Assembly (NCBI GenBank): GCA_010356995.1
Contig: ML996692.1
Span: forward strand, 62,001 to 126,000
Length of the DNA: 64,000 bases
Direction of reading: 5' to 3'
Source: Trichodelitschia bisporula
Lineage: Eukaryota
In this document: positions 24,501 through 35,304 of the stretch, piece by piece
How the letters are laid out: every line of letters starts with the position of its first letter
How positions within the stretch are numbered: position 1 is the first letter of the stretch
Position numbers and translations under genes: made by a program
The notes under the pieces: generated by a model
Database searches by the model: none
Seen by the model: the letters and a program-made list of their open reading frames with translations, nothing else
Told to the model about the DNA's origin: nothing

Positions 24501-24591
24501 CAAAGGCATGGGCGGGGCGGGCATAGAGAACGAGCAGCAGAAGCGCACAGGGCAAAGCCCAAGTGCTCAGGTTGAATCGCGAGCTCGCCAT
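21350..24591 (-). CDS. het-c: HET-C family (heterokaryon incompatibility Het-C domain) protein with Gly/Tyr/Gln-rich and Glu-rich tail; introns 24403-24445, 21972-22014
   Basis: Signal peptide then AFGAGNIAS..NWRHGDIED, VYFGNWLRDYSQAVD, LGCYRPEEHIDNP, HCLEDYSAHSNY, TGTFGGVDFLHS and DPTHSMLSKDHFSN. Whether it is the het-c ortholog or a paralog cannot be resolved here. Confidence 0.92.
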
Positions 24592-25185
24592 GATTGCGCA
24601 CGGCTGCTGTCGAGTGGAAAATTTATGGAGTTGTAAAGTTTGTCGTTTTGGTTCGTGCGGAGAGCTGAGGAGGGGCAGCTGTGGTGGGGAAGTTTAGTGC
24701 GAGCCTGGCGAGGGGAAGTCCAAGACAAACCAAGAGTCACCAGCGGCCAAGACCTGCCCCTCATTCTCCGTGTCAGCCAAGGCTGGAGATAGGTACTCAT
24801 TGGCTGATGTGCGTTTGGATATGGGTGTTGGCGGAATGATGCACAGCTGAAAATCAGGCCGACGATTGCTGCCTACAAAACAATCACCAACGGCAACATG
24901 AATTACATCCGTAGAGTCTCCGAAAGTGGAATCTATGTAGCTCAGTCGGACATTTCATGAATATTATCCGTACATGCCCCCATCCTTCTAAACTATGTGA
25001 CGATGTTTTTCAGTCCCATCAGAGCATGATGCATAGTTTGGTGGTGCGAATGACAACCTATGCAGGGCGAATCTAGAACTAGTGGTCCAGACTCCTGTAA
25101 ACGCAGTAACCCGAACCCATGCCAGCCAGCCCAACGCCAGCCAATGTATCCGTCACCAAACCAAACGCCGACCCATCACGAAGAG

Positions 25186-26402
25186 CTACTTCTCGGACTC
25201 ATCTGCATCTTCTACGGTCGCCTGGTACGGCCGCTCGACCTTCTCCCACTCGTCTTCCTCGTCTGTCTCTTGCTCCAGCTTTTGCTTCTTGGGCTCCGGA
25301 GGCAGCAGCACGCCCGAAGTGTCGGGAAGCACTTCGATCAAGTCGCTCGGCGAGGGCACATCAATAGCTTCCTCATTGAGAGTGCCCGAGGCCGTCATCG
25401 AGGATGCTTCGGGCTCGACTATAGAGACACCACCGTCCTCAATGTCGCATACGCCGGTGCGCTCATTCATGTCCTTGATGTGGGCGGTGTGTTGAGCTAA
25501 GACCGGCAACTTTTCCACGACGGGGCTCGGGGAAGGAGAGTTCAACTTGTTGTCCTTTGGCGTAACTTGCTTGGTGGAAATCCCCTTCTTCTCGGCAAGA
25601 TATTCCGCAAACCCTCTGTTCCAGGGCAGCGCAGAATCCTTGTCCGGGTCCCTAGAAGTGCCCCTCTCGTTGTGCACCTCAGCCTTTGGTTCAGCCTTGG
25701 GCACCTCGGCATGGGGAAAGATCACACTGGAACGATGGAACGATTAGGCCAGTATAAACGAGACGTGCCCACAACTTACGGCAGAAACTCTCGGTACGCA
25801 TCCAAGTCTTTCTCTAAGAAGGTGCAGAACACGATCCGATCCAGCTTGTCGCCGCTCTCATCCAGCCATGAGTGAACCGCTTCCAACGCGACCCACGCGG
25901 CTTCCTTGGTCGGGTACCCGTATACGCCGGTGCTAATCGATGGGAAGGCGACTGCTCGCAAGCCCGCTTCGGTGGCAAGATCCAGGCTGCGGCGGTAGCA
26001 TGAACGCAGCATCTCGCTGTGGGTGTGTTCCTGCTCTGTCTCAAAGTACTTCGGCCCCACCGTGTGGATGATTTTTCGAGCGGGCAGGTCGAAGCCATCG
26101 GTCATCTTCGCATTGCCAACCTCACACCCGTTCAATTCAGAACACGCATTGAAAAGCCCCCGCCCGGCGGCGTGGTGGATGGCGCCGTCAACACCACCAC
26201 CGCCCATAAGCGTTGTGTTGGCTGCGTTCACGATGGCATCAATGTTGAGACAGGTGATATCATAGCGTATGAGGCTGATTTTCGAATTGTGGACCTCGTT
26301 CGGCGGTATATGACACCCATGCGGGGAGTTGATGCGCAGTTTACCAGTGTCGTAGAGGGCCGTAAGCGACGGAATATCCGCAATGGCTAGAGTAGGGGGC
26401 AT
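25186..26402 (-). CDS. Macro domain protein (MacroD-type ADP-ribose hydrolase) with acidic C-terminal extension; intron 25727-25779
   Basis: [40 protein letters not shown] and [13 protein letters not shown] motifs. The likely start is [13 protein letters not shown], although the frame is open further upstream. Confidence 0.88.
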
Positions 26403-27065
26403 TGTGCTAGACTGTAGCTCCGTGGAGCCTGCGGGGACAGTTAAACAGGCTACTTCTAGTCGGGGGATGCAGTGAGAAGGAAAGGAGCGAAAAAAAGGCG
26501 TACCTTGCGGGGATTCACTGTGTAGAGTTCTTTCCCTAACAGTGACGGGGCTGTCACGAAAGTTGTCAGGTGTGAGCTCAAAGACCTCACCAGGGAGATT
26601 GTTGTCTTCGGCCATATTTATGACGATGTTGCAGAGAGATCTGGGAAGCTTGAGCCACATAGAGGTCGTACCGTACTCGTCGTGCGTAATGATCAGCGCT
26701 TGGCGGTCCGCGTCCGTGCGCTTCACATAACGCGCAAGGGTCACATAAAAAAGAGTTGTTGCTCCCTCTGTCCACAAAACGCACAGGCAAGACAGCTACA
26801 ACCTTCTCAGGTGGTACTTGGCGGTTGTGTTCGGGCGGTTGTGGCGGCCGTAGCGGCTTTTAGTAGCTTGGGAGCGAACAACCACCACTTCCCGCTGTCC
26901 GCAATGCGCTTTCAGGTACAATGCCAACTCGTTTGACAGTTTCGGCCCCTGTGAAAGGCTTACACCGAAGAATGAGACCTCTGGACCGCAGAACATCTGC
27001 ACACACACACCTTTATCCCAGGAGATGTGAGGCGGCTACAGGCTTACCGTTGATACCACACAGCC

Positions 27066-27794
27066 ATGGCCCTACCGCATGCCGAACATCAAGCATGTGC
27101 AGACGAATTCGCAGACGAATTAGCCCTGCTGGAAGCTATGTTCCCCGAAGAGATTGTCTACGACTCCAAGCGCAGTGAGATCTCGTATCGAGCCGAAGAC
27201 GGCACTCTCCAGCTGCGAATCCCGCCGGAGTATCCGAGAGCAGCTCGCCCAGAAGTTATCACTGCGTCCGGACCTGCCAAACAAGATCTTCGCGACCACC
27301 TCCTGTATCGGATCGCTATCATGGAGGTTGGAGAACCTGTTCTGGATGCCGTCATATCAGCATTTTTGGATATCATCACCGCGGAGCGGGAGGCTGAAGG
27401 CCAGTCGCAGGAAACGGAGGTCTCTACCCGCGAGCCAGATGGAAGAAAGACGGTCATTATCTGGCTACACCACTTGCTAGCCACTTCCAAGCGGAAGCAT
27501 GCACTCGCGCCCGAAGGCGATGCCGCGACCTCTGTCTCAGGGGTCACCAAGCCCGGCTATCCAGGTGTCATGCTATTCTCCGGGCCAGCGCACGCTGTAG
27601 ATTCGCATGTCCACGCCCTGAAGCGACTCCGATGGCAGGCTTTCCAAGTTAGGCACGAGGCGAATCAGGAATGGAAGTTCAAGCACGGGCAAAGCATCAT
27701 CGAGGTCGAAACCATCAGTGAGGTGGTGGGCGCAGTTGAGGATGAAGCCAACGGGAAAAGAGAGATCATCTTAGCTGCCCTGAGGATCAAATGA
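27066..27794 (+). CDS. RWD domain protein (RWDD2/DUF1115-like)
   Basis: DELALLEAMFP and LRIPPEYP..P (RWD YPxxxP motif), followed by IWLHHLLATSKRK, GVTKPGYPGVMLFSG and LKRLRWQ. Confidence 0.88.
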   Translation: MALPHAEHQACADEFADELALLEAMFPEEIVYDSKRSEISYRAEDGTLQLRIPPEYPRAARPEVITASGPAKQDLRDHLLYRIAIMEVGEPVLDAVISAFLDIITAEREAEGQSQETEVSTREPDGRKTVIIWLHHLLATSKRKHALAPEGDAATSVSGVTKPGYPGVMLFSGPAHAVDSHVHALKRLRWQAFQVRHEANQEWKFKHGQSIIEVETISEVVGAVEDEANGKREIILAALRIK

Positions 27795-28309
27795 GCTGCC
27801 AGAGAACTGCCAGACCTCGTCGCCTGTTTCTCTTTTGCTGGAGCTTGCCGTTCCTGACGTCTTTGATGCGACGGCGGGGATGTAGGCATCCCACGCTTCC
27901 AACCCGTCTCCCTGTAATAGGGCACCATACGGCCATCCTGTCGCCATATCAAGTGATGCGATTCTTTATGTCGCCATCGACTTCATTGGGCAACTTCAAT
28001 ATACCTGCAAGTCATTGGCCCCTGGGATCCACATGCTCGAAATGACGCGTTTCAGTCAATGACGTCACGTCCAGGCAACCCCGTCGCGATCATCGACACA
28101 ACGACATTCAGAGACATTTCCCGCGATCAATCAATTAGAGTCGACTATTTTACAGGCCTCGACCAATCACTCGCATATGCGGGGGTTAGGCGGTCTTCCA
28201 AGATTCTAGGCGGGAAGAAGTTAAATAGCTGCGACTCGAGACCCTTCCCAACCCCAGCTCCACAAGCTTCAACCACACACTCAACCACAAATACCAAACA
28301 ATCGCAATC

Positions 28310-28695
28310 ATGACCGGAATTGAGCACGATACTGGCGCCACCAAGGTGGCCAAGGGCGTCACATCGACCCTGGGCAATACCGTACGTCGCACCCGCCGCC
28401 TTCTCCCTTCCTGACATCTCCTCCCCTCCTGACATCTCCTCCCCTCTTGACACCTCCTCTCTTCCCCTACTACTCAAGCTAACAACCCCCCCCCCCCCAG
28501 GTCGGCGGCCTCACAAACACAGTCGGCGGCGTCGTCGGCGCCACCGGCCGGGGACTCGGCGAGACGGTGGGCGGAGCCGTCGGCGGCCCAGGCAAGAGCG
28601 TCGGGAAGGGCATCGCGGATGTCGGTGGTGGTGTTGAGGACGGCGCGGGGCGGGTCGCGCAGACCACTAAGGATGCCGGCGAGTGGAAAGCCTAG
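28310..28695 (+). CDS. Small Gly/Thr/Val-rich hydrophilic protein (~88 aa); intron 28382-28500
   Basis: MTGIEHDTGATKVAKGVTSTLGNT joins in frame, through a GTACGT..GCTAAC..CAG intron, to VGGLTNTVGGVVGATGRGLGETV..KDAGEWKA*. Confidence 0.8.
28410..28461 (+). repeat. 18-bp tandem repeat x~3 (CCTGACATCTCCTCCCCT) inside an intron
   Basis: Directly visible; the third copy is degenerate. Confidence 0.85.
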
Positions 28696-29166
28696 ATCAA
28701 GGTGCTGACCGGATTGATATGATTTTGGAGCGTTGATGTTGAATTTTTTACTGTACACACTTATGAGTCTGTCTATGAACGGTCGTATTTTTTATTTATT
28801 TTTTTTGCCCGATGTTGCTGCTGATGTGTTACCGAGCTTCTGATTACGAGCCATGTGGGCGGGTAGGTGCTCGTGAGTTGAAGCCTTGATCGCGTCACCT
28901 TGGTATGGGGACTTCTTGAGCGTCTCTCGACACTCTTCTCTTCTTCGTCTTCCATCAAACTTTTCACTTCACACCGTAGCCATTGCACATGTCAAGCCTC
29001 TGCTTCCATTGCACCTTGTCAGCACGATACTGAGGAAAACCACGTACACTGTGGTATTCAAAAACCCCTCTATGTCCCCAAGCTGACCCAAGATGCTGTA
29101 GATACCAGCCGACAACCGGCAAGCCAGTCCGGATCTCTACCCCAAACGCCTATCCCCAAAGAACCC

Positions 29167-31474
29167 TCACACCCCAACAGCATTAAGAAACTCCTCCCTC
29201 CCCTCCTCACTCCCAAACACAACCTTCAGATACCGCAGCTCCCTCCCAATCCCCACCCCATCCCTCAACCCAAGCACCATCTTCCTTCCCCTCCTCTCCG
29301 CCTCCTTCGGCGGCCTTATACACGCCGCATCAACCTCCACCACACTCCCCCCAGCCGCCGGATTCTTATTCCTGACAAACCGGACCACGCGCCCCCCAGG
29401 CCCGTCAAGAACCTGCAACGTCTCGCACCCCGCCTCCTGCGCATTCCCATGCGTAAGCGCCGACTTAATACTCTCCACATCAACACTGGTAAGTACCTTG
29501 CGCCCCGTAATCGCCTCCACGAACCCCCACGCCTCATCCCTATTCACAAAGCTATACTGCGGATGAAAGCTCGCGTGCGGCGCGAACCTAACCACAAAAT
29601 TGATCCTCGGGTCCCGCGCGCGGAACGCCGCTACAATGGCCACATTCTCCAGAAACGGGGTGTTGTTCGCGCCCGCCGCCGTCATCCACAAGTCGTCCAC
29701 AATCTCCTGCCCCGTGCTCGTTTTGGAGATCAGGGTAATGGCCGCGGTGCCAGCCCCGCGGGGCTGCGGCTTGAGGCGTACTTCGAGGTGCATCAGGCTG
29801 GCGGATTGCAGGGCCGAGCCGCGCCGGTACCACAGCTTGCAGGCGTCGGGCGCGAAGGGGCGGGCGTGCGCGAGGTCGCTGGTGAGGGAGAGGCGCGAGA
29901 TACTGCTTGCGGATGAGGGGTGCGAGTGCGAGGAGGAGGAGGTGCTAGCATACGTGCTGGCCGTGCTGACCGTCGAGAGGGAAGCCGTTTCGGCACCCGC
30001 GGCGAGGAAAGTGGTTCTAGTTTGGTGGGGGCGGGGGCGGTGCGGGAGAGAGGGTGGTGCTGCGTGCCATGGGGAGGAGCTGCTGGAGCGGGCGCTGACA
30101 GGCAGGGTGAGGGTCAGTTCGGAGAGGGATAGGGGGATGTCGTCTTCAGGTAGATGGCGGGGGGAGAGAAGGCCGGGCGGGGACTTGGGACCTGCGGGAC
30201 CTGCTGGAGACGAGTGGAGCGGGAGGAGGCTGGAGAAGGGTGGTGGGGGTTGAAGTGGGGTGGAGGTGAAGGGTGATTTGGGAGGTTGGACGGAGGCGAG
30301 GCGGGGCGGCGACGTATGTGACGGTGGAGGTGTGAAAGGCGGTGGAGAGGCGAGCTTTTGAGGAAGCGTGAAAGGTGGAGGGGCCGAGAATGGCTGAGGT
30401 GCCCCGAAAAGTGGACGAGATGCCGAAGAGGGAAAGAGTGGGGAAGACGTTGCTGGCTGCGAAGAGAAGGAAAATGGAGGGGATGTTGTTGCCTGCAAAG
30501 ACGCGAAAAGTGGAGATGTGGTTGGTTGCGAAGATGCGAATAGTGAAGGAGACGTTATTGGCTGTGAAGACGCATAGAGCGGGGGAGATGTCAGTGGTTG
30601 GGCGGGCGCAAAGGGCCGAGGCGGCGCGAATGGTGCGGTGTCCTGGATGAAGTCCTGCACGACGCGAACGTGCGTCGTCGACTCCTCGACATGCTTTCTC
30701 TTCGCACCTGCTATCGGTGTGCAATGCTGGTCCACCAGCTCCTGGATCCGGATCGCAGCCCTCGACTTTTGCCGGGGACCTGCAAGTGCTGACAAGGCTG
30801 GAGACGAGAGGCTGGACGGCGGTCCAGAGGGAGCAAGATTGAGCGGCGTCCTCTCCGGCTGACTTGTGAGAGTATCCTTCGGAGCCGCAAAGGTCGAAGG
30901 GGATGGGAGCGGCTCAGTCTTGATGGGAGGTATCGTGAGCGAAAAGTTGAAGCGTGACTCCGCCATCGTCGCATCAGGCATCGGTAGCGCGTCAGAGGCA
31001 GTGTCTTGGTCCTGTGGAGTAAAGGTTGCGGAGAGACTGCGAAACATGAGCACGACGTCGCTCGTCGACGACAAAAACTTACGAGCTTAGCCCCGCCTCC
31101 AGCCGAGTACAATGGGCGTCTAGCTCGCGGACGTGGCCGCGATATTCGTCACAGAAGCGCTGCACATGGACCATGTCCGTCACTAGCCAAGGGACAACCT
31201 CACGCAGCGCACTGCCAAGCCCCGAGCGCGGAAGTACTTGGTCAGGGTCGATGAAGAGCTCTAAGTCCAAAAGGCGTTTACGAAAATCTTTGAGGGGCTG
31301 AACGGCGGCGAAGGCGGATTTGTCGCACTCGAGCTGAGCGAGGCGGGAGCGGCAGTTGACGATATCGAGGAAGAGGTCGTGGACGTGTTGCGGTACGTTG
31401 GCCAATTGGCCGTAAAGGCGGTCGAGATGCTGGATGTCTTCTAGGAGTTTGGTTATGACGGTCGCCAATTCCAT
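29167..31474 (-). CDS. Hypothetical protein: helical N-terminal domain, Pro/Ser-rich repetitive linker, C-terminal globular domain; intron 31037-31082
   Basis: A GTAAGT donor at 31082 removes the stop of the 131-aa ORF, and a CAG acceptor joins it in frame to the 635-aa ORF. Confidence 0.72.
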
Positions 31475-32262
31475 GGTATTGAAGCAGAAGAAGTAGGGGA
31501 GAAGATAGGCATGGTGTTTAAAGGCGGGGGTGGGTTGCGGGGGATAGAGGAGAGGTCACTGATTTGGGCTTGGCTCAGCCGGGAGCGGATAGAGGCAGAA
31601 GCATGTTTCGGGACGGCCGATGGAAGTATTTTTGCAAAGAGAATGTAGTAAGAGAGAGAGACCAGCTGGCGGCTAGTAAGGTGGTTGGTGGTTGGCGGTT
31701 GGTGGTTGCAGAGGGCAATGGTTATTTCTCGTGTTGAGATGGTGAGCGTCGGCGAGACGAGCAGTGACAGTCCAGTGGCTGTGCAAAGACCAAGGGGATA
31801 GATAGTGGGGGGGCACGAAACAAATAAAACCTTGGTTCCGCTTGCACCGTCCACTTTGCACTTTGCGTGATGGCACGCCGCTGCGGCGTCGGAGGTTTTC
31901 CTTTTGGGGTTGTCACTTCGTACTTTGCATTGTACATGGTGGTAGACTGGGGATGATGAAATAGAGTACCGGTATGGAGTGGATGCAGTTGGTGCATGCA
32001 ACAAGACCGCGCGCCGGGGATCTGGGGGCGGGCTTGAAGCTTTGTCGGTGACGGCGGCGCAGAAGGGGCCAGGCAAAGGTGGAGGCTCGGGATGATGCCA
32101 AGAACAACTGAAGGACACTGACGAGCTGTGATGGGACAGAAACACCAAGCGGAAAGCTCGGCACTGTCACCGTGGGTTTCCGAGTGTACCTTACCTAATC
32201 CTTCTCATGAGGCTGACGCCACGCTCTTCTCATTGCTCCTTCCTCCCAGGTGCTAGCCAAGA

Positions 32263-32271
32263 GCACGTGGG
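32263..32271. promoter_or_regulatory. Pho4/NUC-1-type bHLH site GCACGTGGG (second site CACGTT at 32595-32600)
   Basis: Matches the Pho4 consensus CACGTG/CACGTT, ~560 and ~230 bp upstream of a PHO84-like gene. Confidence 0.6.
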
Positions 32272-32422
32272 ATGAGTGCTTGGATGGGAAGGCACCAACG
32301 GGCACGAACCTTCCCCGCTGCTTCTTCATGGGAAGCAGTGACCAAGGATGTGCCAGGATATGGTCTCTCGCCCCTTCCTCTCTCACTCATCGTTACTGCC
32401 TTGTGCTTCTCTCCTCTCTTCT

Positions 32423-32458
32423 GATTCACTGACGGATTCACTGACGGATTCACTGACG
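32423..32458 (+). repeat. 12-bp tandem repeat x3 (GATTCACTGACG)
   Basis: Directly visible in the region upstream of the phosphate transporter. Confidence 0.9.
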
Positions 32459-32827
32459 CAGTCGCTCTTGCCTTTCTGTGCCTCAAGTCCCCCCCCCCCC
32501 AAAAGCCTCTTGGTGTCTATCACCAATCCAATGGTTTCTCCTCAGGCCACCAAACGTCCACATTCAGGCTCATCACCTCTCGCCATACTCACCACACGTT
32601 GTCTTGGTGGAAACGCTCGATTCTTTTGGCTTCAACTTCCCCCCAAAACCTAACTCCCCTCCCCCGCCACCATCCCAGTGATCTACCATATCTGAGTGAA
32701 CCGTCCCCCCCGCCCCCGCCCCGCAAATTCTAGTTCTAGTTCTATCCATCTCTCTCCTCCGCAGGCCCCGTTCCGCTATCATTTATGGACAATACCCCTA
32801 ACCCGTCCATGAACCCTTCCGCAAGGA

Positions 32828-34973
32828 ATGAAGATCACTTCTATCATCGCCTGGCCCTATCGGAAGTTTCAGCACCCATGGCAGGACCACGTCCGCCAGT
32901 TCGAGTATCTCGACTGGGACTCGCAGCGCAAGCTTGCGTACCAGCAGATTGACAAAGGCGGCTTCGGCTATTGGACTGTCATCGTCGCTGGTGCTGGCTT
33001 TATGACCGATGCCTACGACGTAGGTTTGTCCGTGTGTTGAACTCTTGATTTCGATCCCCCCGAGGCTGAGGCTATGTCTCTAGATCTTTGCGGTCAACAC
33101 GGTGTTGCCCATGCTCCAGATCGTCTACTGGAATGGCAACATGCCGGCGGCCAACGAGGTGCTGATAAACCTCTCGCTACTCGTCGGCACCTTTTTCGGC
33201 CAGCTCGTGTTTGGCGTGCTGGCCGACCGTTATGGCCGCAAGAGGATGTACGGCATCGAGCTTCTAATCTTGATCGTAGCGAACCTCTTCATGGCCCTCA
33301 CGTCAAAGGGCTTGCTGCGCTCGACCAACCGCCTAGCGTGGATCGCGGCCTGGCGCTTCATCATGGGCATCGGCATTGGTATGTGTCACCTGGCGCTCCA
33401 CTTCCTCCTTAGACTGACCCCCTCATCCAGGCGCCGACTATCCCCTTAGCGCTGGGATAACAGCAGAGTAAGCTAGAAGGCCTCGCACCGGTTCTCATGC
33501 TCACTGAGTAGGTTTGCTCCCCGTCGCCATCGTCACCGTATGCTCTCGGCCCTGTTTTTCATGCAGCCCATCGGCGCGCTGATGGCCAACGTTGTTACCG
33601 TCGTCGCCGTCAGCATCACGCGGAACATGATGCCAGCCGGCGCGGGAATGTATAACTGCAACGACGAGTGCGCAGCCGCTGTCGACATCACCTGGCGCTG
33701 GGTCGTCGGCCTCGGAATGGTACCACCCGCACTTGCCATCTCCATGCGTTGGTGGATACCCGAGTCCCCGCGCTACATCCTCGAAGTGGAAAAGGACCCG
33801 GACCGCGCGCACCAGGACATCCAGGCCTATTACAACCCATCGCCCAGCATCCTCCCAAACCACTCATCGCCTCCGGAGGACGAGGAGGCGATTCGCGGCG
33901 GCAGCGTCACTGAGAGCCATACTACGTCCTCACCAGGACAGGCGACGCTGATGTTTGGCGAGCAGAACACGCTCGCATTTGGGGAGCCCGTCGGGATGAA
34001 GGATCTGCAGCTGCCGGATGCAGCCATCGCTCCGAGCTCGTCATCGACCGCCCCGCCTGGCAATCTCGTACGCAAGGAAACATGGAGCGAGTACTGGCGC
34101 GGGCTGTGGACGTTTTTGCGAACGGATGGCAACTGGACGGACCTGGCTGGCACGTCGCTCACGTGGATGATGCTCGATTTTGCTTTCTATTTCCTCTCGG
34201 TCAATAACCCGAAGATCTTGAACAAGCTGTGGAACACCATGCCGAGCAAGTCGGTAGGCGACACGCTGATGGAAAACGGCTATCGCGCCATGATTGCGGT
34301 CTCGATAGGGGCGTTGCTGGGCGGTGCTGTGTTTATCTCCATGGCGCGGTACAGATGGGAGATCCAGCTGTACGGCTTCTGGGTCCTGGCGGCCAACTTC
34401 GTCATGGTGGGCGTGTGCTTTGTTGTGTTGCTAGGCACGCGCTACTTTGCGGCTGTCATCGTGCTCTACTCCATCTCCAGCTTCTTCTTTGATTTTGGAC
34501 CGAACACGTCGACGTTCGTGGTATGTCGTCGACTCTTAAATGACGCTAGATAAGGCTGACACGTCCAGATCGCCGCCGAAGTCTTCCCCACCAAATACCG
34601 CTGTACCTGCCACGGCGTCTCCGCCGCCGCGGGTAAACTCGGCTCTATCCTCGCGCAGATATTTTTGGCGTATGCAAAGTTCGGCGGTCTGAACGTCAAT
34701 GCTCCGCACTCGCAGTGGCTGGGCTGGGTGTTGCTGATGTAGGCGACTTCGCTATACTCTCGTATCCCTTGTCTGACAGAACGCAGATTTACCATCTGGA
34801 TGGTCTTCGGTGCGCTGATTACCAAGGTGTGGGTGCCGCGGCCAGTGGACATCTGGGGCCGGAGTCGGAGTCTGGAGGATTTGGGACGGGGGAAGAAGCA
34901 CCGCCAGCGGATCGAGAAGGAGGAAAGGGAGATTTGGATGACGTTTGCGGATAGTATGGGAAATCGGGAGTAG
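32828..34973 (+). CDS. PHO84: MFS inorganic phosphate:H+ symporter, PHO84-like; 5 introns
   Basis: GAGFMTDAYD, LADRYGRKRMYG, WRFIMGIGIGADYPLSA, FFMQPIG, IPESPRY and [33 protein letters not shown] motifs. Confidence 0.88.
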
Positions 34974-35304
34974 GGATTTGTTTGACAGGTACATAGCTGG
35001 CGTTGGTTTTGATTGAGTTTGGCGTTGGGGTGTCTTTGGTTTTTGTCGGATACCCTTTCTTTCTTTAGTGAGGGTGTGGTCCGATTGAGACGTGGATGTT
35101 GGTCATGATGAGTGGTATGGTACTTGTAACGATACTGAATGGAGCACAGTCCGGATAGGCCGCAGAGTCAAACATCCGTGGAAGACAAAGCTAATAATAA
35201 TAATGCTCACTTAACCGCTCGCTTGTTATATCCCGCATCAGCCACACAACCCTCCCAAACAAAAACCAACCAACCCCCCTTAAACTGAACACGAACGGGT
35301 ATAT

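Noticed and set aside
22197..24575. 792-aa + strand ORF
   Set aside because: Antisense shadow of the HET-C gene caused by GC-rich codon bias; no recognisable motifs.
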